DNA of 63,573 bases, filler included, from Lama guanicoe (GCA_013239625.1; 133 parts of 133 records of this genome joined end to end with filler, not necessarily neighbours in it), one strand, 5' to 3'. Shown: positions 1 through 13,060, counted from the first letter of the whole stretch. The notes: a model not told the origin generated them from the sequence alone. Program-made: numbers and translations.

Positions 1-477
1 CATATGCACAGAAAATGAGAAAATGAGAACTCCATGGCCTCTTCCTTCCTATTTGGGGTGAGCGGCACATTGACTTTGTGTTGGCCTTCCTGTGGGGGAC
101 CGGGCAGCTGGAACCCAGAATTCCCTTGCCGCTGCTTCTCCAGGTGTTTATTCCCCGTGGAAGCTGGAAAACAAGATCCATAGTGCTCTCTGGAACCACT
201 TTTTGGGGCGTGTCCTAGAATTTCACCAAGAGCCGGCTGAATTATAGAATCAGACCCCAGAATGTAGCCCTGATGGCTTCTCCTCACTTTTATACCTGGT
301 GGTGGCGCATCCAGGCAGACCTGTGAGCTAGGCAAAGGGGTATTCTGAACACAGGAAATGGGGAACCTGTTCACCTCNNNNNNNNNNNNNNNNNNNNNNN
401 NNNNNNNNNNNNNNNNNNNNNTTAATTAATTAANNNNNNNNNNNNNNNNNNNNNNNNNNNNNNNNNNNNNNNNNNNN

Positions 478-854
478 ACATTCCACTTGAAGTTATTAGA
501 AGCACTGACTATACTCCCTGTGCTGTGCAATAGTCCTAGTAGCCTATGGATTTTATACATAGTAGTTGGTATTTCTTAATTCCCTGTCCTTACGTAGCCC
601 CTTCCCCCTCTCCTCTCCACACGGGTAACCACTAATTTGATCTGTCTATCTGTGTGTCTGTTTTCCTGTTGTTATATTTACTCACTTCTATTAATGTTTA
701 GATTCCACATACAAGTGATATCCTAGAGCATTTGCCTTTGTCTGACTGACTTCACTAAGCCTCCTACTGCAGAGAACCACCAATGTCACAAACGGCGGAA
801 ATCAATCTTCTGCACGGCTGAGCATTATTGCGTCGTGTGTATCCATCGTACCAC
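478..854 (-). mobile_element. LINE-1 3' end (ORF2 end/3'UTR) fragment
   Basis: Typical antisense L1 3' motifs: tccctgtgctgtgcaata, ggtaaccactaatttg, ttagattccacatacaagtgata. Confidence 0.85.
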
Positions 855-954
855 NNNNNNNNNNNNNNNNNNNNNNNNNNNNNNNNNNNNNNNNNNNNTT
901 AATTAATTAANNNNNNNNNNNNNNNNNNNNNNNNNNNNNNNNNNNNNNNNNNNN

Positions 955-1118
955 ACAGCCCTCTGTTTCAAAAACTTATGTAACTATGTTTTGACCTTTA
1001 ATATGTGGACAGTTCTCAGAGCTTTCTGAGAGGCTGTTCCTGGATTATAATCCTCAATTTCATTAGAATAAAATCCTCCATTTCTTTCTTAGTTTGACTG
1101 ATTAATTTTTCTTCAACA
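955..1118 (+). mobile_element. ERV LTR 3' portion
   Basis: LTR-like run (ttctcagagctttctgagaggctgttcctgg), an AATAAA signal, and a ...ttcttcaaCA terminus. Confidence 0.6.
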
Positions 1119-1674
1119 ATGCCCAGAACTTTCACCTGATAGGAAGGAATTCCTGCCTTGGTCCATTTGGACTGGGCAGGCTAGAGCTGAGCATTCTATT
1201 ATGTTGTAGTAATTCTGTCCTGCATTTTGCCTGATTGAGCATGTTGAACTCCACTGACTCCTCCAACTGAAAATCATGCTTGCAGAGTTCCAGGTTTTCA
1301 TGGAGAAGAAACTGAATGTGAAAGGAAGGGANNNNNNNNNNNNNNNNNNNNNNNNNNNNNNNNNNNNNNNNNNNNTTAATTAATTAANNNNNNNNNNNNN
1401 NNNNNNNNNNNNNNNNNNNNNNNNNNNNNNNGCCAGAGAACCAGCACCGTGGCGGGCATGGCATCGGGACGCGCTGCCTCCTCCTGATGGATCCGTCAGC
1501 AGCACTCGGCGGGGGGCCGATCGCGCAGGGAACTGGGTGCCCTCATCGCCTGGCTGGGGACAGGACCAGGCATGGAGTAGGCCCGCTGTGGCTGAATGAG
1601 GCTGGCGCAGAGAACAGGAGACCTGAGTTGTCCAGGGTTGGAGGCACACAGGCGGGGCCTGGCCCAGCATCTCT

Positions 1675-1807
1675 GCCCTCTGGGATGAAGGGGCGAATCA
1701 GCTCCAGGTTCACCAGCGCCTCCTCGAGAGGCCTGTCCACATGGAAGTCATGGACATCGGGGGGCAGGGTGGGCCTTGGGGGCAGGTCCCCCTGGGCGCT
1801 GGGGAAT
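1675..1807 (-). pseudogene. CDK20: CDK20 (CCRK) last coding exon, frameshifted copy lacking the normal stop codon
   Basis: Minus strand reads IPQRPGGPAPKAHP, then after a frameshift PPDVHDFHVDRPLEEALVNLELIRPFIPEG. This matches the remembered CDK20 C-terminus IPQRLGGPAPKAHPGPPHIHDFHVDRPLEESLLNPELIRPFILEG*. Two nt are missing near 1759-1765, giving TGA at 1748-1750, and AGA (1672-1674) sits where the stop is expected. Confidence 0.85.
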
Positions 1808-2385
1808 CNNNNNNNNNNNNNNNNNNNNNNNNNNNNNNNNNNNNNNNNNNNNTTAATTAATTAANNNNNNNNNNNNNNNNNNNNNNNNNNNNNNNNNNNN
1901 NNNNNNNNGACCTGCCTTTCATCAGCCTGGCACTGTCTTTCCCTTGTTAATCAGCCAGGGTCAGTAAGCCTGCTTGGTCTCCTTTCCCAATTTGCCCCTG
2001 AGAGAATTCATGCTCAAGAATTTTGGTGGGGGAGTGGATGGAGGTCTCTACCTTCCATAGCTTCTCCTGGCTGCACAGGGGCATAGGCCTGTACTGGAGT
2101 ACAAGTCTTCCTCTCTCTTGTCTAACTCTCAATAATCTGACCTTGGGGTAGGCTTCCAGCCATGCAGCAGAAGAATCTTATTTTGAAATTGCTGGGGACA
2201 ATTTGAAATAAAGCAGAAAAGTTCTTGAATTAAGAACAGTCCAAAAAGCAAGGCTAACAAGATAATTATGGCAGGGCCTGAGAAGNNNNNNNNNNNNNNN
2301 NNNNNNNNNNNNNNNNNNNNNNNNNNNNNTTAATTAATTAANNNNNNNNNNNNNNNNNNNNNNNNNNNNNNNNNNNNNNNNNNNN

Positions 2386-2418
2386 GTGGCGGTTCTCTAC
2401 TGCTTTCTGAACAGTGAA
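2386..2418 (+). CDS. VIPR2: Class B GPCR TM7 exon (5'-truncated), vasoactive intestinal peptide receptor 2
   Basis: Encodes VAVLYCFLNSE followed by a canonical GTAAGT donor at 2419. Among remembered secretin-family sequences, VAVLYCFLNSE fits VIPR2 (VIPR1/PAC1/SCTR have NGE, GCGR has NKE). A GC-rich intron follows. Confidence 0.85.
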
Positions 2419-4546
2419 GTAAGTGCTCACCTCTGGGAAGCAAGCACAGATTCTCGCTTTATGAGGAATTCCCCAAAATGCCCCAGCCCTGCAAAAGGCC
2501 CAGCCTTCCATGGGGTCAGTGCCGCCGCCCAGCACCTGGGGTCTCGGCCCCGCTCACACTGCCCGCACGTGCGGGGGTCTGCGCCGCCCGCCAGGCGCTG
2601 TCACGGAGTCTGGGGCCCCTCCCGGGTCCACGGCCAGTCCTCCCGCGGGTCCACCTTGTCCCGCCCTCTGCTGACCCTCTGCCGCCGCCCCACATTTTAC
2701 CCCACTCCCTTCTCCCAACTCTGCCCCGCCTCCCCCTCTCCCCACGCCCCCGCCCTGCTCCCNNNNNNNNNNNNNNNNNNNNNNNNNNNNNNNNNNNNNN
2801 NNNNNNTTAATTAATTAANNNNNNNNNNNNNNNNNNNNNNNNNNNNNNNNNNNNNNNNNNNNAATCCCTAGATGCCTTGTTAATAAGATGGAATGGTGGG
2901 CTGTCATTTTGGAAAAATAGTACGAGAGGGGATGCAATAGTTGTGATATTTATGTGGTTCTCTTTGTCTTTCCTTAATGTTCCCATGTATATTTTCTCAT
3001 TTTCATCCTCTTAATGACATTATAAAAAAGTGCACATATTGTTATCCCATGTTCCATGAGAAAAACGTATCTCAGAGAGGTTCAAGTCTTCAGAGAACTC
3101 AAAGTGGCAGACGCAGAATTTTTAATCCTAGTTTTGTGCTTTCCTTGTTAAAATTATATTGACTATGATAATAATCGGCATTATTTATTGAATATATATT
3201 ACTAATCAAGAACTGCCCTTAAGTCTTTTCTCAGATCCANNNNNNNNNNNNNNNNNNNNNNNNNNNNNNNNNNNNNNNNNNNNTTAATTAATTAANNNNN
3301 NNNNNNNNNNNNNNNNNNNNNNNNNNNNNNNNNNNNNNNACAAAACAGGTAAAATGAGAAATACATGATTTGGAAAGTTCAACTTGCTATGCAGAAACAC
3401 ACTGACCTAGGGTTTAAGGCTTCCTGTCCCTTGCCGTAACCCCAGCATAAATGCAGCATGGTGACAAACAAGTCAGTTCCCTTAGACATGAAGTAAGAGC
3501 CATTGTCATCTCATCCAGCCACGTAAATGCAAAGAAGTCCTTCCCTCGTAAAATGCCATGGATTTGAACCATTACACAGATCACTGCCAGAGGAAAGGAA
3601 AGGCTCTGCTCAAAAGTCTCTGTTTAGAGCTGAAAAGACACATTTTAATAAATGGTGGTTAGATTCTAACTTATTTCCATTTATGAAAAATCTACACAAA
3701 AACATAGTAAAAAAAANNNNNNNNNNNNNNNNNNNNNNNNNNNNNNNNNNNNNNNNNNNNTTAATTAATTAANNNNNNNNNNNNNNNNNNNNNNNNNNNN
3801 NNNNNNNNNNNNNNNNAAAATTGCTGGAAGAGTGCTAAGTTTCCAAGTTTAGAGGTGTCAATTTTATGAAGTTTCTGTTATGATTTTCAAGGAAGCTTAT
3901 AGTCAGTGAGAAAAGCATTACTTGGATTCCCTAATCTTTGAAAAAGGGCATCCTAGAAATTCACCCAGCAGACCTCAATGGCTACAAAACCCAGTATATG
4001 CTTTATGCAAAGTATAGGAGGGAAAGAGGGGAGAGGGTGTTGGGTGAAGAGAAAAGTAAAACATTCTTTGAATAAAGAGTCTTCTAAGTTAAATTCCACA
4101 GTAGAAAAAGGGTTGTTGTGGTTTATAGCCAGGTGTAATAATGAAAATATTTAATGACTGCTATGGCACAAAAACCAATCAGAACTGAAACCANNNNNNN
4201 NNNNNNNNNNNNNNNNNNNNNNNNNNNNNNNNNNNNNTTAATTAATTAANNNNNNNNNNNNNNNNNNNNNNNNNNNNNNNNNNNNNNNNNNNNTTTGGAA
4301 GTGGCTGGACTCAGTTAATAATAAACTTTCTATCCAAATCCTTATACAGATCTAGCACATTTAGCAGTTTAATACAGCTCAAATTCTAAAAGGTCAAACA
4401 GATGAAAAATAAAAAGAAAATGCCCAGGCATCTCTAAATTGTGACCAACATCATAAGCAACCATTTTTTTTCAATACTTTGAGGAGTAGACACTTGTCTC
4501 GCTTTGTGGCACTGTAACATTTAAAAGCAGCCCTTCAATAGACTAC

Positions 4547-4664
4547 CTCCACTGCAGCAGTTGTCAGTCCAATACCTAAATCCTCAGAGATCACAAACGC
4601 AGTTGCAACCCAAGAAGTGATAGAATCAGGTACAGTAACTTCAAATTCTTGATAAATCCTGGAA
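4547..4664 (-). CDS. CD109: CD109 internal exon (alpha-2-macroglobulin/thioester family), complete 118-nt exon
   Basis: cag acceptor (AG at 4666-4665) and GT donor (4546-4545). Encodes SRIYQEFEVTVPDSITSWVATAFVISEDLGIGLTTAAVE, matching remembered CD109 (Y/S)RIYQEFEVTVPDSITSWVATGFVISEDLGLGLTTTPVE. Too short to appear in the ORF track. Confidence 0.95.
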
Positions 4665-5248
4665 CTGGAGTNNNNNNNNNNNNNNNNNNNNNNNNNNNNN
4701 NNNNNNNNNNNNNNNTTAATTAATTAANNNNNNNNNNNNNNNNNNNNNNNNNNNNNNNNNNNNNNNNNNNNACCGGTGAAAGATTTATGTAACTTCAGGC
4801 TGATCAAAGCTGGAAGCCTCACAATGAGGCTGTGACAGACACGTCCTGTCCTACGTGTTCCGGGCAGCGACTCCACAGGCTTTTGAAGGGTGACTTGCCA
4901 GGCTCACAGCGTGCGGGCCTTCAAAGGCACAGGTTGTGCTCGGGGCGCCAACAGCCCGGCCCCGCCTGGCTCCCTCCCCACGGGGTGCCTGACCCGTCTC
5001 TTTGGTGCCAAAACCATTTCTTGAACCCTTTCTTTAGTCGCTGTCACCTCCCTCTGACTGGTAGTCTCGCCTCCTTTCATCCGTCCTGCTGACCTCACCC
5101 ACCTCCTCCCCGCCTGCTCCCTGCCTTGTCTCTGTGCCCCATCCTCCTNNNNNNNNNNNNNNNNNNNNNNNNNNNNNNNNNNNNNNNNNNNNTTAATTAA
5201 TTAANNNNNNNNNNNNNNNNNNNNNNNNNNNNNNNNNNNNNNNNNNNN

Positions 5249-5395
5249 TAAGTTTGCAGTTTAATAGCATTAAGTACATTCACAAAGTTGTGCAGCCGTC
5301 ACCACTATTTGCAGAACTTGTCCATCGCCCCAAACAGCAGCTCTGACCTGAGTAAACAGCCACTCCCAGTTCCGTCCGCCCCGGACTCCAGTTCC
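5249..5395 (-). mobile_element. Old LINE-1 (L1M-type) 3'UTR fragment
   Basis: gcattaagtacattcacaaagttgtgcagccgtcaccacta...gaacttgtccatc is a typical antisense L1M 3' end; boundaries approximate. Confidence 0.7.
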
Positions 5396-5726
5396 CGGCT
5401 CCCTTCGTCGTCGTGGTGGATTTCCGGTGCTGCCTCTCCAGGACTTCTGCGTGATGTGTCTCTTACCTCACAGTGTGTACACAGATAGCCCTTCAATCAG
5501 CATGTGATCAGCCTGTGCTTTCCAGAAACACTTCCTTGTTCTTTCTTCTGCGCCTTAATGGATTTCCCACCTTCAGAAGTACTTAAAAACACTATGATCA
5601 AACAAATTTCCCTGTTGTTACCTCTTNNNNNNNNNNNNNNNNNNNNNNNNNNNNNNNNNNNNNNNNNNNNTTAATTAATTAANNNNNNNNNNNNNNNNNN
5701 NNNNNNNNNNNNNNNNNNNNNNNNNN

Positions 5727-5953
5727 TGTAAATAGTGCTGCTGTGATCATTGGGGTGCATGTGTCTTTTTGAATTAAGGTTCACTCTGGATATATGCCCA
5801 GGAGTGTGGTTGCTGAATCATATGGTAAGTCTATTTTCAGTCTTTTGAGGAATGTCTATACTGTTTTCCATAACGCCTGCACCAAACTACATTCCCACCC
5901 TTTTCCTCACAGCATGTATCGTTTGTGGACTTTTGAATGATGGCTGTTCTGAC
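5727..5953 (-). mobile_element. LINE-1 ORF2 3' fragment
   Basis: tgtaaatagtgctgctgtga...ggatatatgcccaggagtg...tgcaccaaactacattcccacc. Confidence 0.9.
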
Positions 5954-6681
5954 AGGAAGGAAAGAAGGGGGTGGGGGTAGGGAGGAAGGGAGGAAGGAAT
6001 TTGATTTCTCCTTCCAGCTGAGATGGAATGATAAAGATCAGGTGTAACTTGCCCAGCTGAAACAACTAGTTTCCAGGCTACAACACAGGTTGAGGAACTA
6101 AGANNNNNNNNNNNNNNNNNNNNNNNNNNNNNNNNNNNNNNNNNNNNTTAATTAATTAANNNNNNNNNNNNNNNNNNNNNNNNNNNNNNNNNNNNNNNNN
6201 NNNGGGAAGCCCCGTGTGTGGACTCACACCACTCAGGCCCTGAAATGAGAATTATGGCCGGACAAGCAAAATGGCCACCCCCTACTGCAATCCCCGGCTA
6301 GATCCTGGGGCGCTGGTGGCCAAGTCACTAGTCACACATCCCGAGGAGCTGCCCTGTGTTGCTCCAGGTTTTCAGGGTGGCTCTATCAAGGAAGAGCCTT
6401 GGCAATGAGGCCTGCAGAACTCCACAAAGTGATGACAATGGCCATCCATGTCGACCCCTTCGCATTGGTCTGTGCACTAATGAGGTTTTTAACAGTGATG
6501 ATGAAAATAATGATACAACTAGGTGGCTTACGTTGGGTAAGGTTTTAGCAAGTCCTGTGGTATAGAGAAAGAAAAAAAAAANNNNNNNNNNNNNNNNNNN
6601 NNNNNNNNNNNNNNNNNNNNNNNNNTTAATTAATTAANNNNNNNNNNNNNNNNNNNNNNNNNNNNNNNNNNNNNNNNNNNN

Positions 6682-6958
6682 AAAGAGTGGTGACTGTGGA
6701 AAAGTAACTAAAGTCTATGAGGGAACTACAGGAAGATGAGAGTTATTCTAACAAGGTCTGTTTGTACAGATTTCTCTCGGCCTCAAGCCCTCATCTCTGG
6801 TGATAAGCGTGTTCTTTTCTCCTGGTGTAAAGAAGGCAGCTTTCACCTGAGGGTTTCATCTCCTGCTTTCAGGAAGAATCGAAGGTCAGAGTGGCTCTCT
6901 TGCACCTGCTGTTGTTGAAATACCTTTAACTCAGAATAGCCAAAGCACCGTATTTGGG
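6682..6958 (-). mobile_element. ERV1-type LTR fragment
   Basis: Resembles MER-class LTRs (aacaaggtctgtttgtacagatttctctcggcctc...tcctgctttcagg); family and boundaries not resolved. Confidence 0.5.
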
Positions 6959-8593
6959 ACCAGTGCAGTTTACAAGGGACAGGACCACTCAGCGCTGACA
7001 GTTTGGATGTGATCCCCATTCCTGACCCAGAGCAAGTTGTTTTAAAGAAACCTGCTCTGNNNNNNNNNNNNNNNNNNNNNNNNNNNNNNNNNNNNNNNNN
7101 NNNTTAATTAATTAANNNNNNNNNNNNNNNNNNNNNNNNNNNNNNNNNNNNNNNNNNNNAATTTTTGCCTATAACCATAGTTTTACCACTCCTGTTTGCA
7201 TTCATAAATAGCAGTTTGTTTTACAACTTTATGTAGCGAGATTCATTATTTTGTGAGTTGCATCATTTCTAAACATTTTTTTGAGAAAGATAGCGTTTTG
7301 ATTTGTTTAGCTGCATTTTGTTTATATTTGTTGTTATTCAGTCCTCTGTTGTATGAATAGTCCACAGTTTACCGGTTTTAGTGTCAATGGGCATTTGGAT
7401 TGTTTTCAGGTTTTGATTAATACAAACAAAGCTGCTATGAGCATTCTTACACATATCTCTTGGGGCACATGACCAAGAACTACTTTAGTGAAGGACACTG
7501 TAGGTAGGAATGTGAAAATTGCAGGCAGCATTACTAGNNNNNNNNNNNNNNNNNNNNNNNNNNNNNNNNNNNNNNNNNNNNTTAATTAATTAANNNNNNN
7601 NNNNNNNNNNNNNNNNNNNNNNNNNNNNNNNNNNNNNTCACCCCTGGGGAGGAGGTAAGAGTTGGTGCCCGGCCCTGGCCTGTCCCCGGCTGGGCTCCAG
7701 GCCCGTGGTTCCTGATGAGCTCCTAGTTATCCCAAAGGGCGCCAGTGCTTCTCCCAGATCAGCTGGTGCTCCCCCACCTGTTTGGATGGGATTCTGAAAT
7801 CATCGTTAGGAAGCTCTATATCCCAAAGCAGAGGAAGACCCCTATAGGACCCCCTTCCCTGCCCCTACTAGCTATGGGCATGACCAGCAGACTCCTCAGG
7901 GATTAGAAGAAGAGCCTGGGGACCATTGTGAGAAGTTAGTGCAGAGAGGATCTCGGTGATCAGTACTGGATCATTCTCTTCCCGTCTCAGATAGATAGGA
8001 CTCGGCAGTGAACACNNNNNNNNNNNNNNNNNNNNNNNNNNNNNNNNNNNNNNNNNNNNTTAATTAATTAANNNNNNNNNNNNNNNNNNNNNNNNNNNNN
8101 NNNNNNNNNNNNNNNAAACAAACAAACAAACAAAAACCTGGGGAAGGAAACCCAAATATTCTACAATGGGGCTGCTAGAAAACCTGCCCACTCTTTGCCC
8201 CAGAGAAAGACATTTTATAATAGTGGACAGTAAACAAACCTGCTGTCTGCTCCAGAAGGAGCCACTATTTTTATGTTTCAAGGCTGTTTGCTATATGAAC
8301 ACCCCTGAAAGGACAGCCCAGAATGAAAGCCATCAGAGTTTCTGCTCTCAAGACAAACAACAGCAAAAAAATGAAGACCTATCTCTCAGGAGATATTATG
8401 CATTAATGAAGTACAAGTGAAAATAAGAAAATATCTGAGTTTGTACTTCCACTCCCAGAATGAGCAAGCCTTTTTACATGATATAAACAATGANNNNNNN
8501 NNNNNNNNNNNNNNNNNNNNNNNNNNNNNNNNNNNNNTTAATTAATTAANNNNNNNNNNNNNNNNNNNNNNNNNNNNNNNNNNNNNNNNNNNN

Positions 8594-8745
8594 ACAGGAC
8601 AATATGGGGAAAAGATGCAGATAAGAGTTGGGGGAATCCATGTCCAGGCTTCCTTATGTACTCTCCCTCCCATGAGAGGTCATACAGTGTGCACGCTTCC
8701 CCCAGAACAAAATGCAGCAATGAATGTGCATTGTTTGTGCCCATT
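8594..8745. mobile_element. MER21/MER68-like LTR fragment
   Basis: gggaatccatgtccaggcttcc...ctctccctcccatgagaggtcatacag resembles the MER21-group LTRs. Confidence 0.4.
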
Positions 8746-10505
8746 GTTCATTAGCTTACATCCAACCGAAATATTCATTTGCATTACCTAGCTGACTACT
8801 GTAATATTTTAATACATTTATCTTGTTGCATCAAATAATTACCAGAAGAGAAATAATTTTGGAGTTTATTACTAAGTGAAGAGCACCAGAAACAGTAATA
8901 TGGAAACCAAACTGAGTAATGCTTTAACTTCAAAAACTTTAAAAATAATGGGATATTTAAGGAAGGAAAATNNNNNNNNNNNNNNNNNNNNNNNNNNNNN
9001 NNNNNNNNNNNNNNNTTAATTAATTAANNNNNNNNNNNNNNNNNNNNNNNNNNNNNNNNNNNNNNNNNNNNTTAAACATTACTAGAACACTACTAGTTGT
9101 ATGTCTGTTTAAGTTTTACTTATCTTTGCCCCCTATTAGCATATGCATTATTCTCAGAATTATGATTCTGAGGGTCCCTCCTATTAACGACATTGGGAAT
9201 CATCATGGAAACTAAACTTAGATCAACAGAAAAGCAAACTGATTACTTCCCAAGATTTCCCTGGTGACACACTATGTTCTGCGGAATTTTACATGAGTGG
9301 TATGGTGAGCAAATCTCTGGGATTTTCTGGAATTCTTATGTTCAGCAGAGATAAAATACCACTTGCTATCTTCCACCCAAGGAAGTTGTGAGGATTCATA
9401 CAGATAAAAGATAAAAAGCTGTCTATAAAGTAATGATGCTGATTTGCACNNNNNNNNNNNNNNNNNNNNNNNNNNNNNNNNNNNNNNNNNNNNTTAATTA
9501 ATTAANNNNNNNNNNNNNNNNNNNNNNNNNNNNNNNNNNNNNNNNNNNNGGCAATTATATGATACTGACCTGTGGACTGGGTGTAGCAGAGGCTTAGAGA
9601 GATTTAAATGACTTCCCCAAACGTCTGGTGGGCAGTGGAATATCCAATACAGACCATGAGCTTTTCTCCAGACAGGTACCTGCAGCCCTTAACAGAAGTG
9701 AAAACTGGGCTCTTTAGAGAGTCATCTGGAGTTTTTCATTTGGCCTTTTTGATCGCTTCATGAAATTAACAGAAAATTTAGACTTTTATGTTATTTGTTG
9801 TAGCAAATCTACCCATGTATTTTTTTGTTACTTCTTATTTTGAAATATTTTTAGACTTAACAGAAATTGCAAAGATAGTACAGAGTTCCACATATTTTAA
9901 GGGGGTGGGGGTTGGGGGAAGGTAGTANNNNNNNNNNNNNNNNNNNNNNNNNNNNNNNNNNNNNNNNNNNNTTAATTAATTAANNNNNNNNNNNNNNNNN
10001 NNNNNNNNNNNNNNNNNNNNNNNNNNNAAAAAAAAAATGAAAAGTCATTTCTTCTTCCTTGGAAATATACCCTCTCCCTCATCCACCTGCCTGATACTTA
10101 CCAGGGTTTATTCTATTTTTAATGGACTCTTGGCTTCTGCATAACCCAAGTGAACAATAACATCGTTTATCTTTCTTTAAATCAGTATATTTCTGTGATA
10201 TTGGGGTCTATACACATTGAATGGATATATGGTGAGGGTTTCTTCTTGTGAAACTGGTTTTTCTTTGTTTGATACAATCTTACAATCATAAAAATAAAGC
10301 ATTAGAATAAAGATTGTATTACTTAAAAATTGTGACTTCTCTCCCAGACCCATAGCTATATTCTACCCTCATGCTTACTGTGGTTACTGTCCCGAGGGTC
10401 TTGATNNNNNNNNNNNNNNNNNNNNNNNNNNNNNNNNNNNNNNNNNNNNTTAATTAATTAANNNNNNNNNNNNNNNNNNNNNNNNNNNNNNNNNNNNNNN
10501 NNNNN

Positions 10506-10883
10506 AGGAAAAACAACTCTAAAATTTATATGGAACCATAGAAGGCCCCAAATAGTCAAGTAATCTGGAGAAAAAAAGAACAAAGCTGGAGGCAACACAC
10601 TTCCTGATTTCAAACTATATTACAAAGTTACAGTAATCAAAAACAGTGTGGTACTAGGGAAAAAAAAAAGATGTATAGACCAATGGAACAGAAGAGAGGG
10701 CTCAGAAATAAACCCATGTATACACAGTCAACTAATTTTCAACAAAGGTACCAAGAATATACAATGGGAAAAGAATAGTCTCTTCAACAAATGGTACTGG
10801 GAAAATTGGATATTCATGTGTAGAAGAATGAAATTGAACCCATATCTTACCCCATACACAAAAAAATGGATTAAAGACTTAAA
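10506..10883 (+). mobile_element. LINE-1 ORF2 fragment (degenerate)
   Basis: Translates to [46 protein letters not shown], a typical L1 ORF2p post-RT region. Near-identical to 26752-27130. Confidence 0.95.
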
Positions 10884-11782
10884 NNNNNNNNNNNNNNNNN
10901 NNNNNNNNNNNNNNNNNNNNNNNNNNNTTAATTAATTAANNNNNNNNNNNNNNNNNNNNNNNNNNNNNNNNNNNNNNNNNNNNCAAATATATTTCATTTT
11001 CAAAGATTTTAATGCAAAAGAAAAGGACTTTCTTGAGAGTTATTCTTTTGGAAATTAATATATGCTACTCATTATTTTGTATTTTCATAATATTTTAATT
11101 TAGCTTAGTTTATTTCATCATTTGAGTACTTGTAATTAACCAGTATTTTTTGAAGCACAGAAATTAATTTTTATCTTTTCTCTTTTCCACACTTTTTTCC
11201 ACTTGACTAAACTCATTCTATATTAAGTCCTCAGTCTTTCTATCTTTCTACATTTCTATATTGGAGTTTGCTTATACTTCATTATCTAACCCTAAGAATA
11301 CTTTGTATTACAAAAATGAAAATGTGATTATACATAAGCTCATTTAAGAATGTTTTAGTATNNNNNNNNNNNNNNNNNNNNNNNNNNNNNNNNNNNNNNN
11401 NNNNNTTAATTAATTAANNNNNNNNNNNNNNNNNNNNNNNNNNNNNNNNNNNNNNNNNNNNTATGAATCAGAATAGTTTGTATTATTATCAATGTTCTAC
11501 ATTTACATTTAAAATAGCTCAAAGATAAGGAAACATTTAGATGACCTGAAAGAGTGTGCTAGACAGGAAACCCATAATCTTTTTTTATTTCTTTCAAAGT
11601 CTTTCACAATTTTTCCTACAGTGTCCACCCTTATACCCTTTGATCTTAATATTCTCAAACATTCTTTATTTCAAAATGTCTCCTCTCAGTAGGTTTCATT
11701 TGATTACTTACATATATTCAAGAAGAGTGCTAATTAGCCATATTAGGTTATGTCAGAATTTTCTTTAGAAATATAGAATATT

Positions 11783-11838
11783 GGCGGGCGGGTACAGCTC
11801 AGTGGTAGAGTGCATGCCTAGCATGCACAAGGTCCTGG
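11783..11838 (+). mobile_element. tRNA-derived SINE 5' head (camelid Vic-1-like), cut by the contig end
   Basis: gggcgggtacagctcagtggtagagtgcatgcctagcatgcacaaggtcctgg contains a Pol III A-box (agctcagtggtagag). A second copy is at 41919-41977. Confidence 0.85.
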
Positions 11839-12894
11839 NNNNNNNNNNNNNNNNNNNNNNNNNNNNNNNNNNNNNNNNNNNNTTAATTAATTAANNNNNN
11901 NNNNNNNNNNNNNNNNNNNNNNNNNNNNNNNNNNNNNNAAAAAAAGCCAAAGAAAGAGAAATGAAAGAAGGTCAGTGAAGTAACCAGAAATCAAATCAAG
12001 TTGTGTCTTTAGGCCACAGTAAGGATGTTTTATTTGTTTTGCTTAGCTTTTCCTCAAGGGCAATGGAAAGCTTTCAACAGTTCTAAGCAAGGAAGAGACA
12101 TGATCTAATTTATAATTTTAAAAGGTCACTCTGGCTTCTGTTCAGAGAAAGGATTATAAGGTAAGAGTGGAAGTAGGGAACTTAGGTAAAAGATAATTGC
12201 TATATTCCAGGAAGAAAGGATAAATCTACTACAAAGCATGATGAAATAAGAACTAGTACAGAAGTAGAAACTTCTATCAGAGTGAATGCAGAAAGATTTG
12301 TCAAATTTACAGACTANNNNNNNNNNNNNNNNNNNNNNNNNNNNNNNNNNNNNNNNNNNNTTAATTAATTAANNNNNNNNNNNNNNNNNNNNNNNNNNNN
12401 NNNNNNNNNNNNNNNNTGGAATAAAATTCAAGATCCATTTTATATCAGTGTACACGTTTGTACATACATTCTTTACTGAAGGACCTTAGAGGACAACTTT
12501 GAAGTGGGGAGATAGATAGCTGTGCTCTTGAACACGTGGACTCATTTTCTTTAAATCTGTGGTCTTCCCATATTTATTGAATTTTCCATAAACCAAATTC
12601 AAATTACAGGCTTTTTTTGCTTGTTGCTTTCAAAGACTTGTCAGTAAAAATGAACATATTGTCTGACACAAATACACTGTACATCTTTTAAAGGCACATT
12701 GTTGGGTTTTTTTGTTAATCTTATTTTCTGATCTACAGGGTTTTAATTTTTTTTTTATGTTGTTCAATCAACCTCCAGAATTCTTGCTTTTGAANNNNNN
12801 NNNNNNNNNNNNNNNNNNNNNNNNNNNNNNNNNNNNNNTTAATTAATTAANNNNNNNNNNNNNNNNNNNNNNNNNNNNNNNNNNNNNNNNNNNN

Positions 12895-13060
12895 TAAACA
12901 ACAAGGTCCTACTGTATAGCACAGGGAACTATATTCAACAGCTGCTTATAACCAATAATGAAAAAGAATATGAAAAAATATATATGTGTAGAACTGAATC
13001 ACTCTGCTGTTCACCAGAAACTAACACAATATTGTAAATCAGCTATACTTCAGTTAAAAA
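12895..13060 (+). mobile_element. LINE-1 3'UTR terminus (cetartiodactyl type)
   Basis: aacaacaaggtcctactgtatagcacagggaactatattcaa...ccagaaactaacacaatattgtaaatcagctatacttcagttaaaaa. Confidence 0.9.

Noticed and set aside
2419..2814. 142-aa ORF 2386-2814 as a full protein
   Set aside because: Only the first 11 codons are the VIPR2 exon; the rest is read-through past the GTAAGT donor into a GC-rich intron and the linker.
11783..11838. tRNA gene (also 41919-41977)
   Set aside because: Both copies are truncated and mutually diverged, and they follow A/T-rich targets. They are better explained as tRNA-derived SINE heads.
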